From Methylotenera sp. (GTDB lineage Bacteria; Pseudomonadota; Gammaproteobacteria; Burkholderiales; Methylophilaceae), in NCBI GenBank assembly GCA_040401175.1, contig JBBAOU010000003.1, positions 9,389 to 73,388 on the forward strand: a DNA stretch of 64,000 bases. Direction: 5' to 3'. A model generated the notes under the pieces. That model ran no database searches. It was not told the DNA's origin and saw only the letters and a program-made list of their open reading frames with translations. Every line of letters starts with the position of its first letter. The first letter of the stretch is position 1. This document shows positions 9,654 to 18,987 of the stretch, one piece after another. The translations under genes were made by a program, and so were the position numbers.

Positions 9654-10562
9654 TTAAATTTCAGTACGTAGCATTTTATAGATGGCCAATCTTTCTGGGC
9701 TGATCTTCCCCGCAATTACCGCTTCTTTAATAGCGCAATCAGGTTCTTGTAAATGCTTACAATTGTTAAATCTGCATTTGCCTAAAAATGAGCGAAACTC
9801 TATGAAAGCATGTTCTAGCTCATCTGTGCTGAGATGGTGTAAGCCAAATTCTTGGAGGCCAGGAGAATCGATTAAGTGACTGTGTTCGTCTAAGTGATAT
9901 AAGTGTGCTGCAGTGGTGGTGTGTTTACCACTATCAAGTACAAGGCTCACTTCTCTGGTGCGTACGTCTTCATTCGGCAGCAAGGCATTAATGATGGTTG
10001 ATTTCCCCATGCCGGACTGACCGACTAAAATGCTGGCCTCGCCTCGTAGATAAGGTCTAAGCGCAGTGATATCTTCTTTTGCTGATAGCGCTAACACTGG
10101 ATAGCCGAGCCCCGTATAAAGCGCTAACTTTTGCTTGGCATCATCGTTATCAGCCAAATCACATTTATTTAAAACTACTAGAGCTTTAATATTGGCCGCT
10201 TCTGCCGCAATTAAACAACGGTTAAGTAGTGCTTCATAAAAACTTGGTTGTGTGGCTAATACAATAATAATCTGCGTTACGTTTGATGCAAGCATTTTGC
10301 TTTTAAAGGCGTTATTGCGATATAGCAAAGTTTTGCGCAGTAGGATAGTTTCTATTACGCCTTCGTGTTTATCCGTTAGTTGTATCAGAACTTCATCACC
10401 ACAGGCTAAATCTGTTTTTTTCCCTCGGGTAACGCAGCTAATACGTGATTTCCCATCGGTTAATTCAACTTGAAATCGTTTGCCATAGGCTGCAACGATA
10501 GTACCCTGCAAGCGTGTTTTATCTTGCGTATTATTAGCGTTATTAATAGGGGAAGTATCCAA
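9654..10562 (-). CDS. rsgA: Ribosome small subunit-dependent GTPase A
   Basis: Circularly permuted GTPase motifs (NKCD, GQSGMGKS, GKHTT, DSPG) and a C-terminal CRFNNCKH..EPDC zinc finger. Confidence 0.96.
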   Translation of the reverse strand: MDTSPINNANNTQDKTRLQGTIVAAYGKRFQVELTDGKSRISCVTRGKKTDLACGDEVLIQLTDKHEGVIETILLRKTLLYRNNAFKSKMLASNVTQIIIVLATQPSFYEALLNRCLIAAEAANIKALVVLNKCDLADNDDAKQKLALYTGLGYPVLALSAKEDITALRPYLRGEASILVGQSGMGKSTIINALLPNEDVRTREVSLVLDSGKHTTTAAHLYHLDEHSHLIDSPGLQEFGLHHLSTDELEHAFIEFRSFLGKCRFNNCKHLQEPDCAIKEAVIAGKISPERLAIYKMLRTEI

Positions 10563-10871
10563 TTATTCAGTAAATTTATAGTAAGTTTTGTTCAGATAAC
10601 TGGCAGCATTGACTTCCTCGTCTTCAAACCATTTTAAGCCTATCATTGTGTTGCAATTACGTACTTGAGCAAGTAAGCCCTTTGATGTTCTAACTTTTCG
10701 ATATTCTCGCGTATAGATAGAAGAGCCATCACTACCAAAACTCTGGGCATGACAGCTAATACAATTTTTATCAACTAGAGCTTTGCCGCTTAAAGTATCA
10801 GCATTTTTAAACACTTCGGCATAGCTATTATTCACGATTAATAATAAGCAGTAGATTAATAGTGTTTTCAT
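10563..10871 (-). CDS. Periplasmic monoheme c-type cytochrome, green heme protein (GHP)-like
   Basis: GGAGG RBS before ATG 10871, signal peptide, single CISCH heme motif, extra Cys in QVRNC, and C-terminal YLNKTYYKF. Confidence 0.8.
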   Translation of the reverse strand: MKTLLIYCLLLIVNNSYAEVFKNADTLSGKALVDKNCISCHAQSFGSDGSSIYTREYRKVRTSKGLLAQVRNCNTMIGLKWFEDEEVNAASYLNKTYYKFTE

Positions 10872-10894
10872 ACGCGCCTCCAAAGCCCAAAATT

Positions 10895-12157
10895 TTATTG
10901 AGTATACGCCACTAACTTAGAGATTCTAATGCTTGCCGGCGGATGAGAGTCATAAAAAGCTGAATGCAGTGGATCTGGCGTTAGCGTAGAGGCATTGTCG
11001 CGATATAACTTTACTAGCGCTTTAATTAAGTCGCTTGCATTCGCATGCTTTGCCGCATAACTGTCTGCTTCGAACTCATTTTTGCGCGAATAACTAGCCA
11101 TTAGTGGGCGCAATAAAAACAGAAATACCGGTGAGGCCAGTAAAAATAAAATCAAAGCCATGTAATCACTATGTTGAGAAACGCCTAAGCCTGTATAAAA
11201 CCAAGTTTGACCAACTAACCAACCTAATGAAGCTAAGCCTAAAAAGCTTACAAAAAACATCAGTGCAATGCGTTTGATGACGTGATGATGCTTGAAATGA
11301 CCTAATTCATGGGCTAATACCGCTTCAATCTCGTCCGCATTTAATCTTTCAAGTAAAGTGTCAAAAAATACCACACGTTTGGAAGTGCCAAAACCGGTAA
11401 AGTAAGCATTGCCATGACTGCTGCGTGATGAACCATCCATCACAAATAGGCCTTGTGATTTAAAGCCACATTTGGTCAATAATGCTTCAATACGTTGTTT
11501 TAGAACGTCATCTTTTAAGGGCGCAAATTTATTGAATAGCGGGGCAATAAACGTAGGATAAACCGCCAACATGATTAGATTAAAAGCAGTCCAAGTAAGC
11601 CACAAATAAAGCCACCAATATTCGCCTGCCTCTTGCATTAACCACAAAGCTGCAAACAGAATCGGTGCGCCTAAGGCAATACCCACAAGGCTGTGCTTAA
11701 CCAGGTCAGTAAAGAACATCGCAGGTGTCATTTTGTTAAAACCAAACTTTTCATCTATAGCAAAAGTTTTGTAGTACTCAAAAGGTAAGTCAATGAAGCT
11801 GCTGACTAACAGTGCGCTGCATATAACTAAGGCGCCACGAATGATTTCTTGTGTGACTAATAGATTACGCCAAATATCATCGATAAATTGTAAGCCGCCA
11901 CCTAGCGTGAGTGCTAAAAGTAACACGGCTTGCGCTAAGACTTCAATAATAATTAGTTTGGTTTTAGCTGATGAGTAATCAGCCGCTTTTTGATGAGCAT
12001 CTAGTGCGATGCTATCCTTAAATGCTGACGGCACTTCATTGCGGTGAGTTTGCACATATGAGATGTGTCTACGGCCAAGCCATACCCGAATCAATGTGGT
12101 AGATACAATCAGTGCAATAAAGGTAAAAGCTAAGATATCACTAGGAGCTAAAGGCAT
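10895..12157 (-). CDS. M48 family metallopeptidase (Ste24/CAAX protease-like)
   Basis: HELGH zinc motif, SSHGNAYFTG, EFEAD and HPP..RI, with several TM segments. Confidence 0.95.
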   Translation of the reverse strand: MPLAPSDILAFTFIALIVSTTLIRVWLGRRHISYVQTHRNEVPSAFKDSIALDAHQKAADYSSAKTKLIIIEVLAQAVLLLALTLGGGLQFIDDIWRNLLVTQEIIRGALVICSALLVSSFIDLPFEYYKTFAIDEKFGFNKMTPAMFFTDLVKHSLVGIALGAPILFAALWLMQEAGEYWWLYLWLTWTAFNLIMLAVYPTFIAPLFNKFAPLKDDVLKQRIEALLTKCGFKSQGLFVMDGSSRSSHGNAYFTGFGTSKRVVFFDTLLERLNADEIEAVLAHELGHFKHHHVIKRIALMFFVSFLGLASLGWLVGQTWFYTGLGVSQHSDYMALILFLLASPVFLFLLRPLMASYSRKNEFEADSYAAKHANASDLIKALVKLYRDNASTLTPDPLHSAFYDSHPPASIRISKLVAYTQ

Positions 12158-12252
12158 AATTTATTTACTTAGGTTAATATGATTACATTGTGAAGCATTT
12201 CTTGGATGATAGTTCATCAAGTTTGCTTTAAGCTAAAATTTTAATGGAAATC

Positions 12253-12816
12253 ATGATGGCAGACTTAATCAGCAGCACTAATCAAAATAATTTAATTTGG
12301 CTGGATATGGAAATGAGTGGCTTGTTGCCAGATTCAGATCGTATTTTAGAGTTGGCCGCAGTGGTCACGGATGCTGATTTAAATGTGCTGGGCGAGTCGC
12401 CAGTATTTGTCATTCATCAAAGTGATGCTGTCCTTGATGGCATGGATGCATGGAATAAAGGCGCACATGGTCGTTCTGGCTTAATTGGTAAAGTTAAAGC
12501 GTCTACTTTGAATGAAGCCGAAGCGACTTTGCAAATGGTGGCCTTTCTGCAACAGTTTGTCCCAGCTGGTAAGTCGCCCATGTGCGGCAATTCTATCTGC
12601 CAAGACCGACGTTTTATGGCGCGTTATATGCCAGACTTAGAAAGCTATTTTCACTATCGTAATCTGGATGTTAGTGTGTTTAAAGAGCTTGCACGCCGTT
12701 GGAAGCCTGAGATTTATTCTGGCTTTAAAAAAGCCAGCAAACACGAAGCATTGGCGGACATTTATGAATCTATTGATGAGCTGAAATATTATCGCGAGCA
12801 CTTTATTATTAAGTAA
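12253..12816 (+). CDS. orn: Oligoribonuclease
   Basis: [28 protein letters not shown] and [14 protein letters not shown]. Start lies between 12244 and 12256. Confidence 0.97.
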   Translation: MMADLISSTNQNNLIWLDMEMSGLLPDSDRILELAAVVTDADLNVLGESPVFVIHQSDAVLDGMDAWNKGAHGRSGLIGKVKASTLNEAEATLQMVAFLQQFVPAGKSPMCGNSICQDRRFMARYMPDLESYFHYRNLDVSVFKELARRWKPEIYSGFKKASKHEALADIYESIDELKYYREHFIIK

Positions 12817-12847
12817 GGATTATGGCTGGTATAAATATTGACTGGAC

Positions 12848-12877
12848 AAAAAAGAGGGCGCCTAACATGGCGCCCTT
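12848..12877 (-). terminator. Intrinsic terminator downstream of glgA (could also stop orn)
   Basis: Minus strand reads AAGGGCGCC-ATGTTA-GGCGCCCTC-TTTTTT. Confidence 0.85.
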
Positions 12878-12955
12878 TAAGAGGAGAAATCAGCTTTGGA
12901 GAAGCTTAATTATTACTAAGCATTTACTGTGCCAAGTTTCTCGTCTCAGCTAATT
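12848..12955 (-). ncRNA. Candidate 3'-UTR-derived sRNA with two CU-rich anti-Shine-Dalgarno motifs
   Basis: Hairpin AGCT-TCTCCAA-AGCT, then TTTCTCCTC immediately before the terminator. No expression data. Confidence 0.4.
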
Positions 12956-14419
12956 TTACAAGCTAGTTTTGCTTAGCATGCGATAAACAGCTAAGTATTC
13001 CAATGCGCTTTTATCCCAACTTAAGTTGAGTGACATACCATTTTTTTGTATTTGTCGCCAAGCGTCTGCATCATTGTTAAACACATTTAAAGCCTGCTTG
13101 ATACAGCTAAGTAGACTGGCTGAACTCGATTCGCTCATGACAAATCCATTGGCGGTTTTGTTTTTAAAGCTCACGATATTGGTATCCACCACCGAGTCTG
13201 CAAGCCCGCCAGTCGCGTTAACAATAGGCGGCGTTCCGTAAGTTAAGCCATATAGCTGATTAAGACCGCAAGGCTCAAATCGTGAAGGCATGATAAACAT
13301 ATCGCAGCCAGCCATAATTTGGTGTGATAGCGGTTCGTTGTAGCCAATATTGACACTCGCGCTGCCAGGGTTCTTGGTGGCTAATAATTTAAATGCATTC
13401 TCTAACTCAGTTTCACCGCTTCCAAGTAAGGCTAATTGGCAGCCTGAATCGATTAAATCTTGCATAATAGGCACTAGCATATCTAGGCCTTTTTGGTGAG
13501 TCAGACGACTTACTACGCCTAATAATGGTGCGCTCGCATCAATATGAAGCCCTAATCTTTCTTGTAGCGTACTTTTAACTAATTTTTTGCCAACAAGCTT
13601 GGTCGCACTATAGGTTTTGATTAAGTGAGGGTCAAACTCTGGATTCCACTCGTCAGTCTCAATGCCATTTAAAATGCCCTTAATCTCATTGCTACGTTTG
13701 CTGAGCAAGCCTTCTAAGCCAAAGCCAAACTCCGCACTTTGGATTTCTTTGGCATAACTAGGGCTTACTGTAGTAATGGTGTCGGCATAGAAAATAGCCG
13801 CTTTTAGGAATGATAATTGTCCGTGGTATTCAAAGCCTTCTATTTCAAAGCTACTATGCGGTAATTCTAACGTTGATAACCAGTCAGGCGCATAACAGCC
13901 TTGAAACGCCATGTTATGCAGGCTAATCATAGATTTTGCCGTCGAGTGTTCTACCAGTTTCATATAGGCCGGCGTTAGTCCAGTTTGCCAGTCGTTACAA
14001 TGGACAATATTCGGTTGCCAGTCTGTGATAGGTGAGTGTGAGCCACTTAAAATGGCCGCAACTTTTGATAATACGCCGAAGCGTAATGGATTATCTAACC
14101 ACTCCAGTCCGTTTGCGTCCGCATAAGGTCCTCCTTCACGCTCGTATAAGTCAGCAGCCTTAATTACCATTACTTTAATTTGACTATCTTCAATGGTGCC
14201 CATCAGCAGTGATGCATTGTTGATTACAGGCAAATTTTCTAACTGAGCAATCATTTTCAGATTGCTTAGCTTGTTTAATACCGCAGGGTATCCAGGTACT
14301 AAAACACGAATATCTACACCAATATGCTGCAAAGCCGAAGGTAATGAGCCGCTGACATCTGCTAACCCTCCGGTTTTAATGAGTGGGAATACTTCAGAGC
14401 TAACAAATAAGACGCGCAA
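12956..14419 (-). CDS. glgA: Glycogen synthase
   Basis: KTGGLADV ADP-glucose motif, HCNDWQT, PSRFEPCGL and ATGGLADSV. TTG start. Confidence 0.97.
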   Translation of the reverse strand: MRVLFVSSEVFPLIKTGGLADVSGSLPSALQHIGVDIRVLVPGYPAVLNKLSNLKMIAQLENLPVINNASLLMGTIEDSQIKVMVIKAADLYEREGGPYADANGLEWLDNPLRFGVLSKVAAILSGSHSPITDWQPNIVHCNDWQTGLTPAYMKLVEHSTAKSMISLHNMAFQGCYAPDWLSTLELPHSSFEIEGFEYHGQLSFLKAAIFYADTITTVSPSYAKEIQSAEFGFGLEGLLSKRSNEIKGILNGIETDEWNPEFDPHLIKTYSATKLVGKKLVKSTLQERLGLHIDASAPLLGVVSRLTHQKGLDMLVPIMQDLIDSGCQLALLGSGETELENAFKLLATKNPGSASVNIGYNEPLSHQIMAGCDMFIMPSRFEPCGLNQLYGLTYGTPPIVNATGGLADSVVDTNIVSFKNKTANGFVMSESSSASLLSCIKQALNVFNNDADAWRQIQKNGMSLNLSWDKSALEYLAVYRMLSKTSL

Positions 14420-14500
14420 AATATACTTTCTCGATTATGACGTTGATGCATTATTATATTGTATAAATAAGCGACATTAATATTGATTTGGAGGCTAGGT

Positions 14501-14893
14501 ATGGGTTTCAACGGTTTTTTAGCAGTTGGTGTGGGTGCCGCAATAGGCGCTTGGGCGCGCTGGGGTCTTGGATTAATGCTAAATGCCACGATACCAACCT
14601 TTCCATTGGGCACTTTGGCAGCAAACTTAATTGGTGCTTATCTGATGGGCTTATTTATGGGTTTATTCACTATAAATACTTTGACCACTGAATTTACCCC
14701 AGAGCTTAAATTGTTTGTCATGACCGGTCTGCTCGGCGGGTTGACTACATTCTCCAGCTTTTCTGCAGAGTCAGTCACACTGCTGTCTCGCGGTCAGTAT
14801 TGCTGGGCCGCTAGCCATATATTCATCCATGTCTTAGGCTCGTTGGCTATGACAGGTTTGGGTTTGCTGACAATACAATTAATGCGAGCTTAG
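14501..14893 (+). CDS. crcB: Fluoride efflux channel Fluc/CrcB
   Basis: GAAIGAWARW, GTLAAN and TGLLGGLTTFSSFSAE. GGAGG RBS before ATG 14501. Confidence 0.96.
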   Translation: MGFNGFLAVGVGAAIGAWARWGLGLMLNATIPTFPLGTLAANLIGAYLMGLFMGLFTINTLTTEFTPELKLFVMTGLLGGLTTFSSFSAESVTLLSRGQYCWAASHIFIHVLGSLAMTGLGLLTIQLMRA

Positions 14894-15027
14894 TCAATTA
14901 CTAGCGCAACTTTTTTGCTGCGCAATATAATCCCATGGGATGCGCGATAAGCGGCTTTAAAGCGAGTGTGCAAGTTAACAATAATCAGTCATCTAACATT
15001 TACCTTTAGCCTCTAAACATATCTTAT

Positions 15028-15046
15028 CAAAATGATTATCAATTGT
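15028..15046. promoter_or_regulatory. Fur-box-like site
   Basis: The core AATGATTATCAAT matches AATGATnATCATT at all but one position; the flanks match poorly. Confidence 0.4.
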
Positions 15047-15087
15047 TTGATGTAAATCAATTTTAAATAATGTATTAAGATTATCTT
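15047..15087 (+). promoter_or_regulatory. Perfect FNR/ANR/DNR box with a class II-spaced -10 element
   Basis: TTGAT-GTAA-ATCAA at 15047-15060. TATCTT (TAnnnT) at 15082-15087 places the box centre about 41 bp upstream of a predicted +1 near 15094. Confidence 0.75.
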
Positions 15088-15126
15088 CGCGCATCGAGAG
15101 ATCGATTAATTTTCGGAGTGACTGAG

Positions 15127-15426
15127 ATGACTTGCGATGAACGATTGAAAAGTATTAGGTTAGAAAATCAATTTGATAGCAGTAAGTATAATTGTTACGC
15201 TGATTCAGCTTACCGAAATGCTATGAAAAAACTGGGCTTAGCACAACAAACCAAGCGGGACTTATTAGTAATTATATTTATGCCATGGTGACGTATGAAG
15301 ATTTAAAATCAGATGGAAACTACAAGCACCTAGAAAAGTCAAATCGTAAATACAAAGATTTTTTTTGTCTTTGAATAGATAAAGAAACTTGATGATTTAA
15401 TTGTTGATCGTGTGTTAGAAAAGTAA
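15127..15426 (+). pseudogene. Unannotated small gene: either a 54-aa ORF (15127-15291) or a broken ~99-aa protein
   Basis: GGAG RBS at 15115-15118, then MTCDERLKSIRLENQFDSSKYNCYADSAYRNAMKKLGLAQQTKR... An overlapping -1 frame continues (GLISNYIYAMVTYEDLKSDGNYKHLEKSNRKYKDFF). The original frame resumes after a T8 run, with a TAG at 15376 and IKKLDDLIVDRVLEK* ending at 15426. Confidence 0.45.
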
Positions 15427-15440
15427 TTAACCGCCGCACA

Positions 15441-15478
15441 AATAAAAACAGCCCTGAATATTCAGGGCTGTTTTTATT
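15441..15478. terminator. Bidirectional intrinsic terminator (perfect 38-bp palindrome)
   Basis: AATAAAAACAGCCCTGAAT|ATTCAGGGCTGTTTTTATT lies between the convergent small ORF and rne, with T tracts on both strands. Confidence 0.9.
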
Positions 15479-15510
15479 AGCTAGGTCTTATCGCATAATG
15501 GCGATAATGA

Positions 15511-18297
15511 CTACTTACTTTGCGTTTCCACCATCACCATCGGTTCTGCATTGACTTCACTTTTAGCATTTTTCTGCCATGCCGCTGCTTTACGTGGTGC
15601 TCTAGCCTTTTCAGTTTCAACAGGTGCGGTTACTTTAGGCGCATCCGCTTTAGTTTCAACCAATTGCAAACCTACTGCCGCTAAGTCTACTGGCTTAGTT
15701 TCGGCTTTCGCTTTACGTGGACGAGCAGGGCGTTTGCTATCAGCTTTAGCTGGAGCATCTGCTTTTTCAGCGGTTGGTGTTGCTGCCATTTTAGCCACTG
15801 GTTTGGTCGTAACTACTTCAATAGTATCTACGCTATTAGTTGTGGCTACATTTACTTTAGCTGGTCGAGCTTTTCTGCCCTCAGGTTTAGCCTTAGTAAC
15901 TTCGTTAGCCGATACTTTAGTGCCAACTTCATTAGCAGCTTGTACTGAAGTGGCATCGCTAGCGTTTGTCGATACAACATTTTCCACAGATGCTACAGTT
16001 GCAGTGCTGACTAAATCAAAAGATTGTTGATCCATAGATTTTGCTGCCGCTACTACAGCCTTGGCTGTTTTGACTGCAGGTGACTCTTTAGACTCATTCG
16101 CTTGAATGTTAATAATTTCATCATTCGGCACAAAAGCGCGAGCGGCATCGACTATTGTAGACTCATCACGATCACGACGACCACGACGATTGTTACGATT
16201 ACGACGACCGCCGCGCGACTCTGTAGCAGAGGCTTCATTCGTTGGTGCTTCTGCAGTTACCTTTAACGCACCTGATTCTGTTTGTGGAGCATTAGCACGT
16301 TGTTGCTCTTTACGTGCTTGATCGCTACGAGATTGTTCGCTACGTTGCTGTTCTGTACGTTGTTGCTGAGGTTTTTGTTGACGTGGTTCTTGCGGTTTAA
16401 CATCCACACGTGTTTCTTGTGTGCGAACGTCTTGGCCCTTGTTTTCATTGTTGCGGCTTGCTATAGCGACCTTGTCTGTGCGCTCATTCTTATTGCGCTC
16501 ATTACGGTTACGATTGTTACGATTACGATTGTTGCGGTTGCCATCTTTATTAGACTCTGCAGATCTAGCCGCTTCAGTATTAGCCACTTCAACGTTCGAA
16601 GATGAAACACCAAAGAATTTTTTAATGCGTGCAATGAATGACAATTTAACGCCAGCCACAACTTCAGCCACTTTTTCAGCCACAATCGGTGCTGGTGCGG
16701 CAGGTGTAATGCCTTTTACAGCTGCAACTGGGCGCACGGCTTTAGCGACTTCTTCAGCATCAGGAATGTAAGAAGTTTCGGTTGGCAATTCCACCAATTT
16801 GTAACTTGCACGGCTAGTTTCTTCGTTCACATCATCATGCTTAACACGTACGATATTGTAGTTAGGCGTTTCAAGGTGAATGTTAGGAATCAACACTACT
16901 TCAACGCCCATACGCTGTTCAATAGCATGAATATCAGCACGCTTTTCATTCAATAAGAAGGTCGCCACTTCAACCGGCAATTGCACTTGAATAATCGCGC
17001 TATTGTCTTTCATCGCGTCTTCTTGCGTAATGCGTAAAATATGCAAGGCAGTAGATTCAATGCCACGAATATGGCCAGTGCCGCTGCAACGCGGGCATGG
17101 AATATGGTTGGTTTCGCCTAAGCTAGGACGTAAACGTTGGCGTGATAATTCTAGCAAACCAAAGCGTGAAATCTTGCCGGTTTGTACACGAGCACGATCA
17201 AAATGCAGAGCATCACGCAATGCATTTTCAACTTCACGTTGGTTGCGCTGGCTTTCCATGTCAATAAAGTCAATCACCACTAAGCCGCCCAAGTCACGTA
17301 AACGTAATTGGCGTGCAACTTCTTCAGCCGCTTCCATATTAGTATTGAATGCAGTTTGTTCAATATCGCTACCACGTGTTGCGCGGCCAGAGTTAACGTC
17401 TACTGAAACTAAAGCTTCAGTATGGTCAATGACAATCGCACCACCTGAAGGTAGGCGTACTTCACGTGAAAACGCAGATTCAATTTGGTGCTCAATTTGG
17501 AAGCGCGTAAATAACGGAATTTCATCTTGGTACAATTTAACGCGAGACACATTTCCTGGCATTACGTGGTTCATAAACTGAACCGCTTGCTCATGAATAT
17601 CCGGTGTATCGATTAGGATTTCGCCAATATCAGAGCTAAAGTAATCGCGAATCGCGCGTATCACTAAACTGCCTTCTTGGTAAATTAAGTAGGCACCGGC
17701 TTGCATGGCAGAAGCACCATCAATGGCTGTCCATAATTGTGTGAGGTAGTTTAAATCCCACTGTAATTCTTCTGCGTTACGGCCAATACCAGCAGTACGG
17801 GCGATAATGCTCATGCCTTTTGGCACTTCTAATTGTGCTAATACATCACGTAACTCGTCGCGATCTTCGCCTTCAATACGGCGAGATACACCGCCGCCTC
17901 TTGGATTGTTCGGCATTAATACCAAATAACGTCCAGCGAGTGATATGAAGGTAGTGAGTGCAGCACCTTTATTACCGCGCTCATCTTTATCCACTTGAAC
18001 GATTAATTCTTGGCCTTCTTTTAATGCGTCTTGGATGCGAGCGCCGCTTCCGACACCTTCTTTATAGTAACTGCGTGCGACTTCTTTGAATGGTAAAAAA
18101 CCATGTCTGTCCATGCCATAATCGACAAATGCAGCTTCTAAAGAAGGTTCGATGCGGGTGATAACACCTTTGTAAATATTGCTTTTACGTTGTTCCTTAC
18201 CAGCGTGCTCAATATCTAAATCGATAAGTTTTTGACCATCTACAATCGCAACGCGTAATTCTTCTGACTGCGTTGCATTAAATAACATGCGTTTCAT
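15511..18297 (-). CDS. rne: Ribonuclease E
   Basis: [22 protein letters not shown]1 domain, DVNSG and DFIDM catalytic motifs, CPRCSGTG Zn link, and a disordered Arg-rich C-terminal half. Confidence 0.98.
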   Translation of the reverse strand: MKRMLFNATQSEELRVAIVDGQKLIDLDIEHAGKEQRKSNIYKGVITRIEPSLEAAFVDYGMDRHGFLPFKEVARSYYKEGVGSGARIQDALKEGQELIVQVDKDERGNKGAALTTFISLAGRYLVLMPNNPRGGGVSRRIEGEDRDELRDVLAQLEVPKGMSIIARTAGIGRNAEELQWDLNYLTQLWTAIDGASAMQAGAYLIYQEGSLVIRAIRDYFSSDIGEILIDTPDIHEQAVQFMNHVMPGNVSRVKLYQDEIPLFTRFQIEHQIESAFSREVRLPSGGAIVIDHTEALVSVDVNSGRATRGSDIEQTAFNTNMEAAEEVARQLRLRDLGGLVVIDFIDMESQRNQREVENALRDALHFDRARVQTGKISRFGLLELSRQRLRPSLGETNHIPCPRCSGTGHIRGIESTALHILRITQEDAMKDNSAIIQVQLPVEVATFLLNEKRADIHAIEQRMGVEVVLIPNIHLETPNYNIVRVKHDDVNEETSRASYKLVELPTETSYIPDAEEVAKAVRPVAAVKGITPAAPAPIVAEKVAEVVAGVKLSFIARIKKFFGVSSSNVEVANTEAARSAESNKDGNRNNRNRNNRNRNERNKNERTDKVAIASRNNENKGQDVRTQETRVDVKPQEPRQQKPQQQRTEQQRSEQSRSDQARKEQQRANAPQTESGALKVTAEAPTNEASATESRGGRRNRNNRRGRRDRDESTIVDAARAFVPNDEIINIQANESKESPAVKTAKAVVAAAKSMDQQSFDLVSTATVASVENVVSTNASDATSVQAANEVGTKVSANEVTKAKPEGRKARPAKVNVATTNSVDTIEVVTTKPVAKMAATPTAEKADAPAKADSKRPARPRKAKAETKPVDLAAVGLQLVETKADAPKVTAPVETEKARAPRKAAAWQKNAKSEVNAEPMVMVETQSK

Positions 18298-18930
18298 TGT
18301 TTGCTCCTGCGCTATGCAAGGCGGGCAGACTAACTGCTTTTTTATTAAGCATTTAGTGAAGGCGTATAAAGTGAAAGTACCAGAACTCTGGCTGGATTAC
18401 TATGAAGGCGCAAGGGCGCAGCAATGCATTTTAACGGTGTGTGGCGGATAACCGCATTCTAATTACCAATCAACTAGAGTGGTCACTTGGACGCCGTTAG
18501 CTGATGCTGGTAATTTAATTGTTTTAGTTGAAAGTGATCAAGTTAAAACAAATCTATTGTTCGTTAAAGCAAACTAATTATTAAATTTAGGCCACTTGTG
18601 GCCTAAACTCGTTAAAATTCTATCTTCGGTAAATCCTAATTTGCTTGTCTGTTTAACCTTTAAAATATATTTAATACCAATATATATAGTTGTTAGAACA
18701 GCAAATTTCACTATCACTTTAAGTCGCGCTTTATGTTTGTTTGTCTGCGGCGGCTTAAGCGCTAAATTTTACTTACCGCTACTTTTTAATTATGGCGAGC
18801 GGTGTTAACCAAGTATTTGTTGTTGCTGAATTTAACAGTGTTACAGAATAAACTGTAGGACAAAATTAAAAAAATGCATTTAATTACAATATATTTATTG
18901 TGTTTAAGTGTATTCTTATTAGGAATTTAA
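18298..18930. promoter_or_regulatory. Long structured rne/rluC divergent intergenic region (probable rne 5' leader)
   Basis: About 630 bp with no credible gene. Hairpins include TTTAGGCCAC-TT-GTGGCCTAAA (18586-18607) and ACCGCT...AGCGGT (about 18775-18802). Confidence 0.6.
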
Positions 18931-18987
18931 TTGTTAAATTCAAAATTACAAGCAAATTATAAGCTACATCAATCATTTAAGCAAAGC

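Noticed and set aside
14420-14500. Fluoride riboswitch upstream of crcB
   Set aside because: The 80-bp AT-rich spacer has no GGCGATGG/GGAGATGG-type aptamer core.
16170-16540. Tandem low-complexity repeats in rne ([15 protein letters not shown])
   Set aside because: These are the usual Arg-rich disordered segments of the RNase E scaffold, not an array.
15551-16771. Antisense ORFs over rne, and similar shadow ORFs elsewhere (750..1172, 3164..3481, 36668..37039, 49369..49791)
   Set aside because: They lie opposite well-supported genes, have no recognisable motifs, and are expected from codon bias.
17458-17473. parS-like TTCACGTGAA core inside rne
   Set aside because: Only 12 of 16 positions match TGTTTCACGTGAAACA, with the outer arms broken. 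It is explained by the codons for FSREV, and the nearby ParB-like protein has no HTH.
18596-18808. 70-aa ORF in the rne/rluC spacer
   Set aside because: TTG/GTG-type start, no RBS, no motif, and it runs through hairpins better explained as leader RNA.
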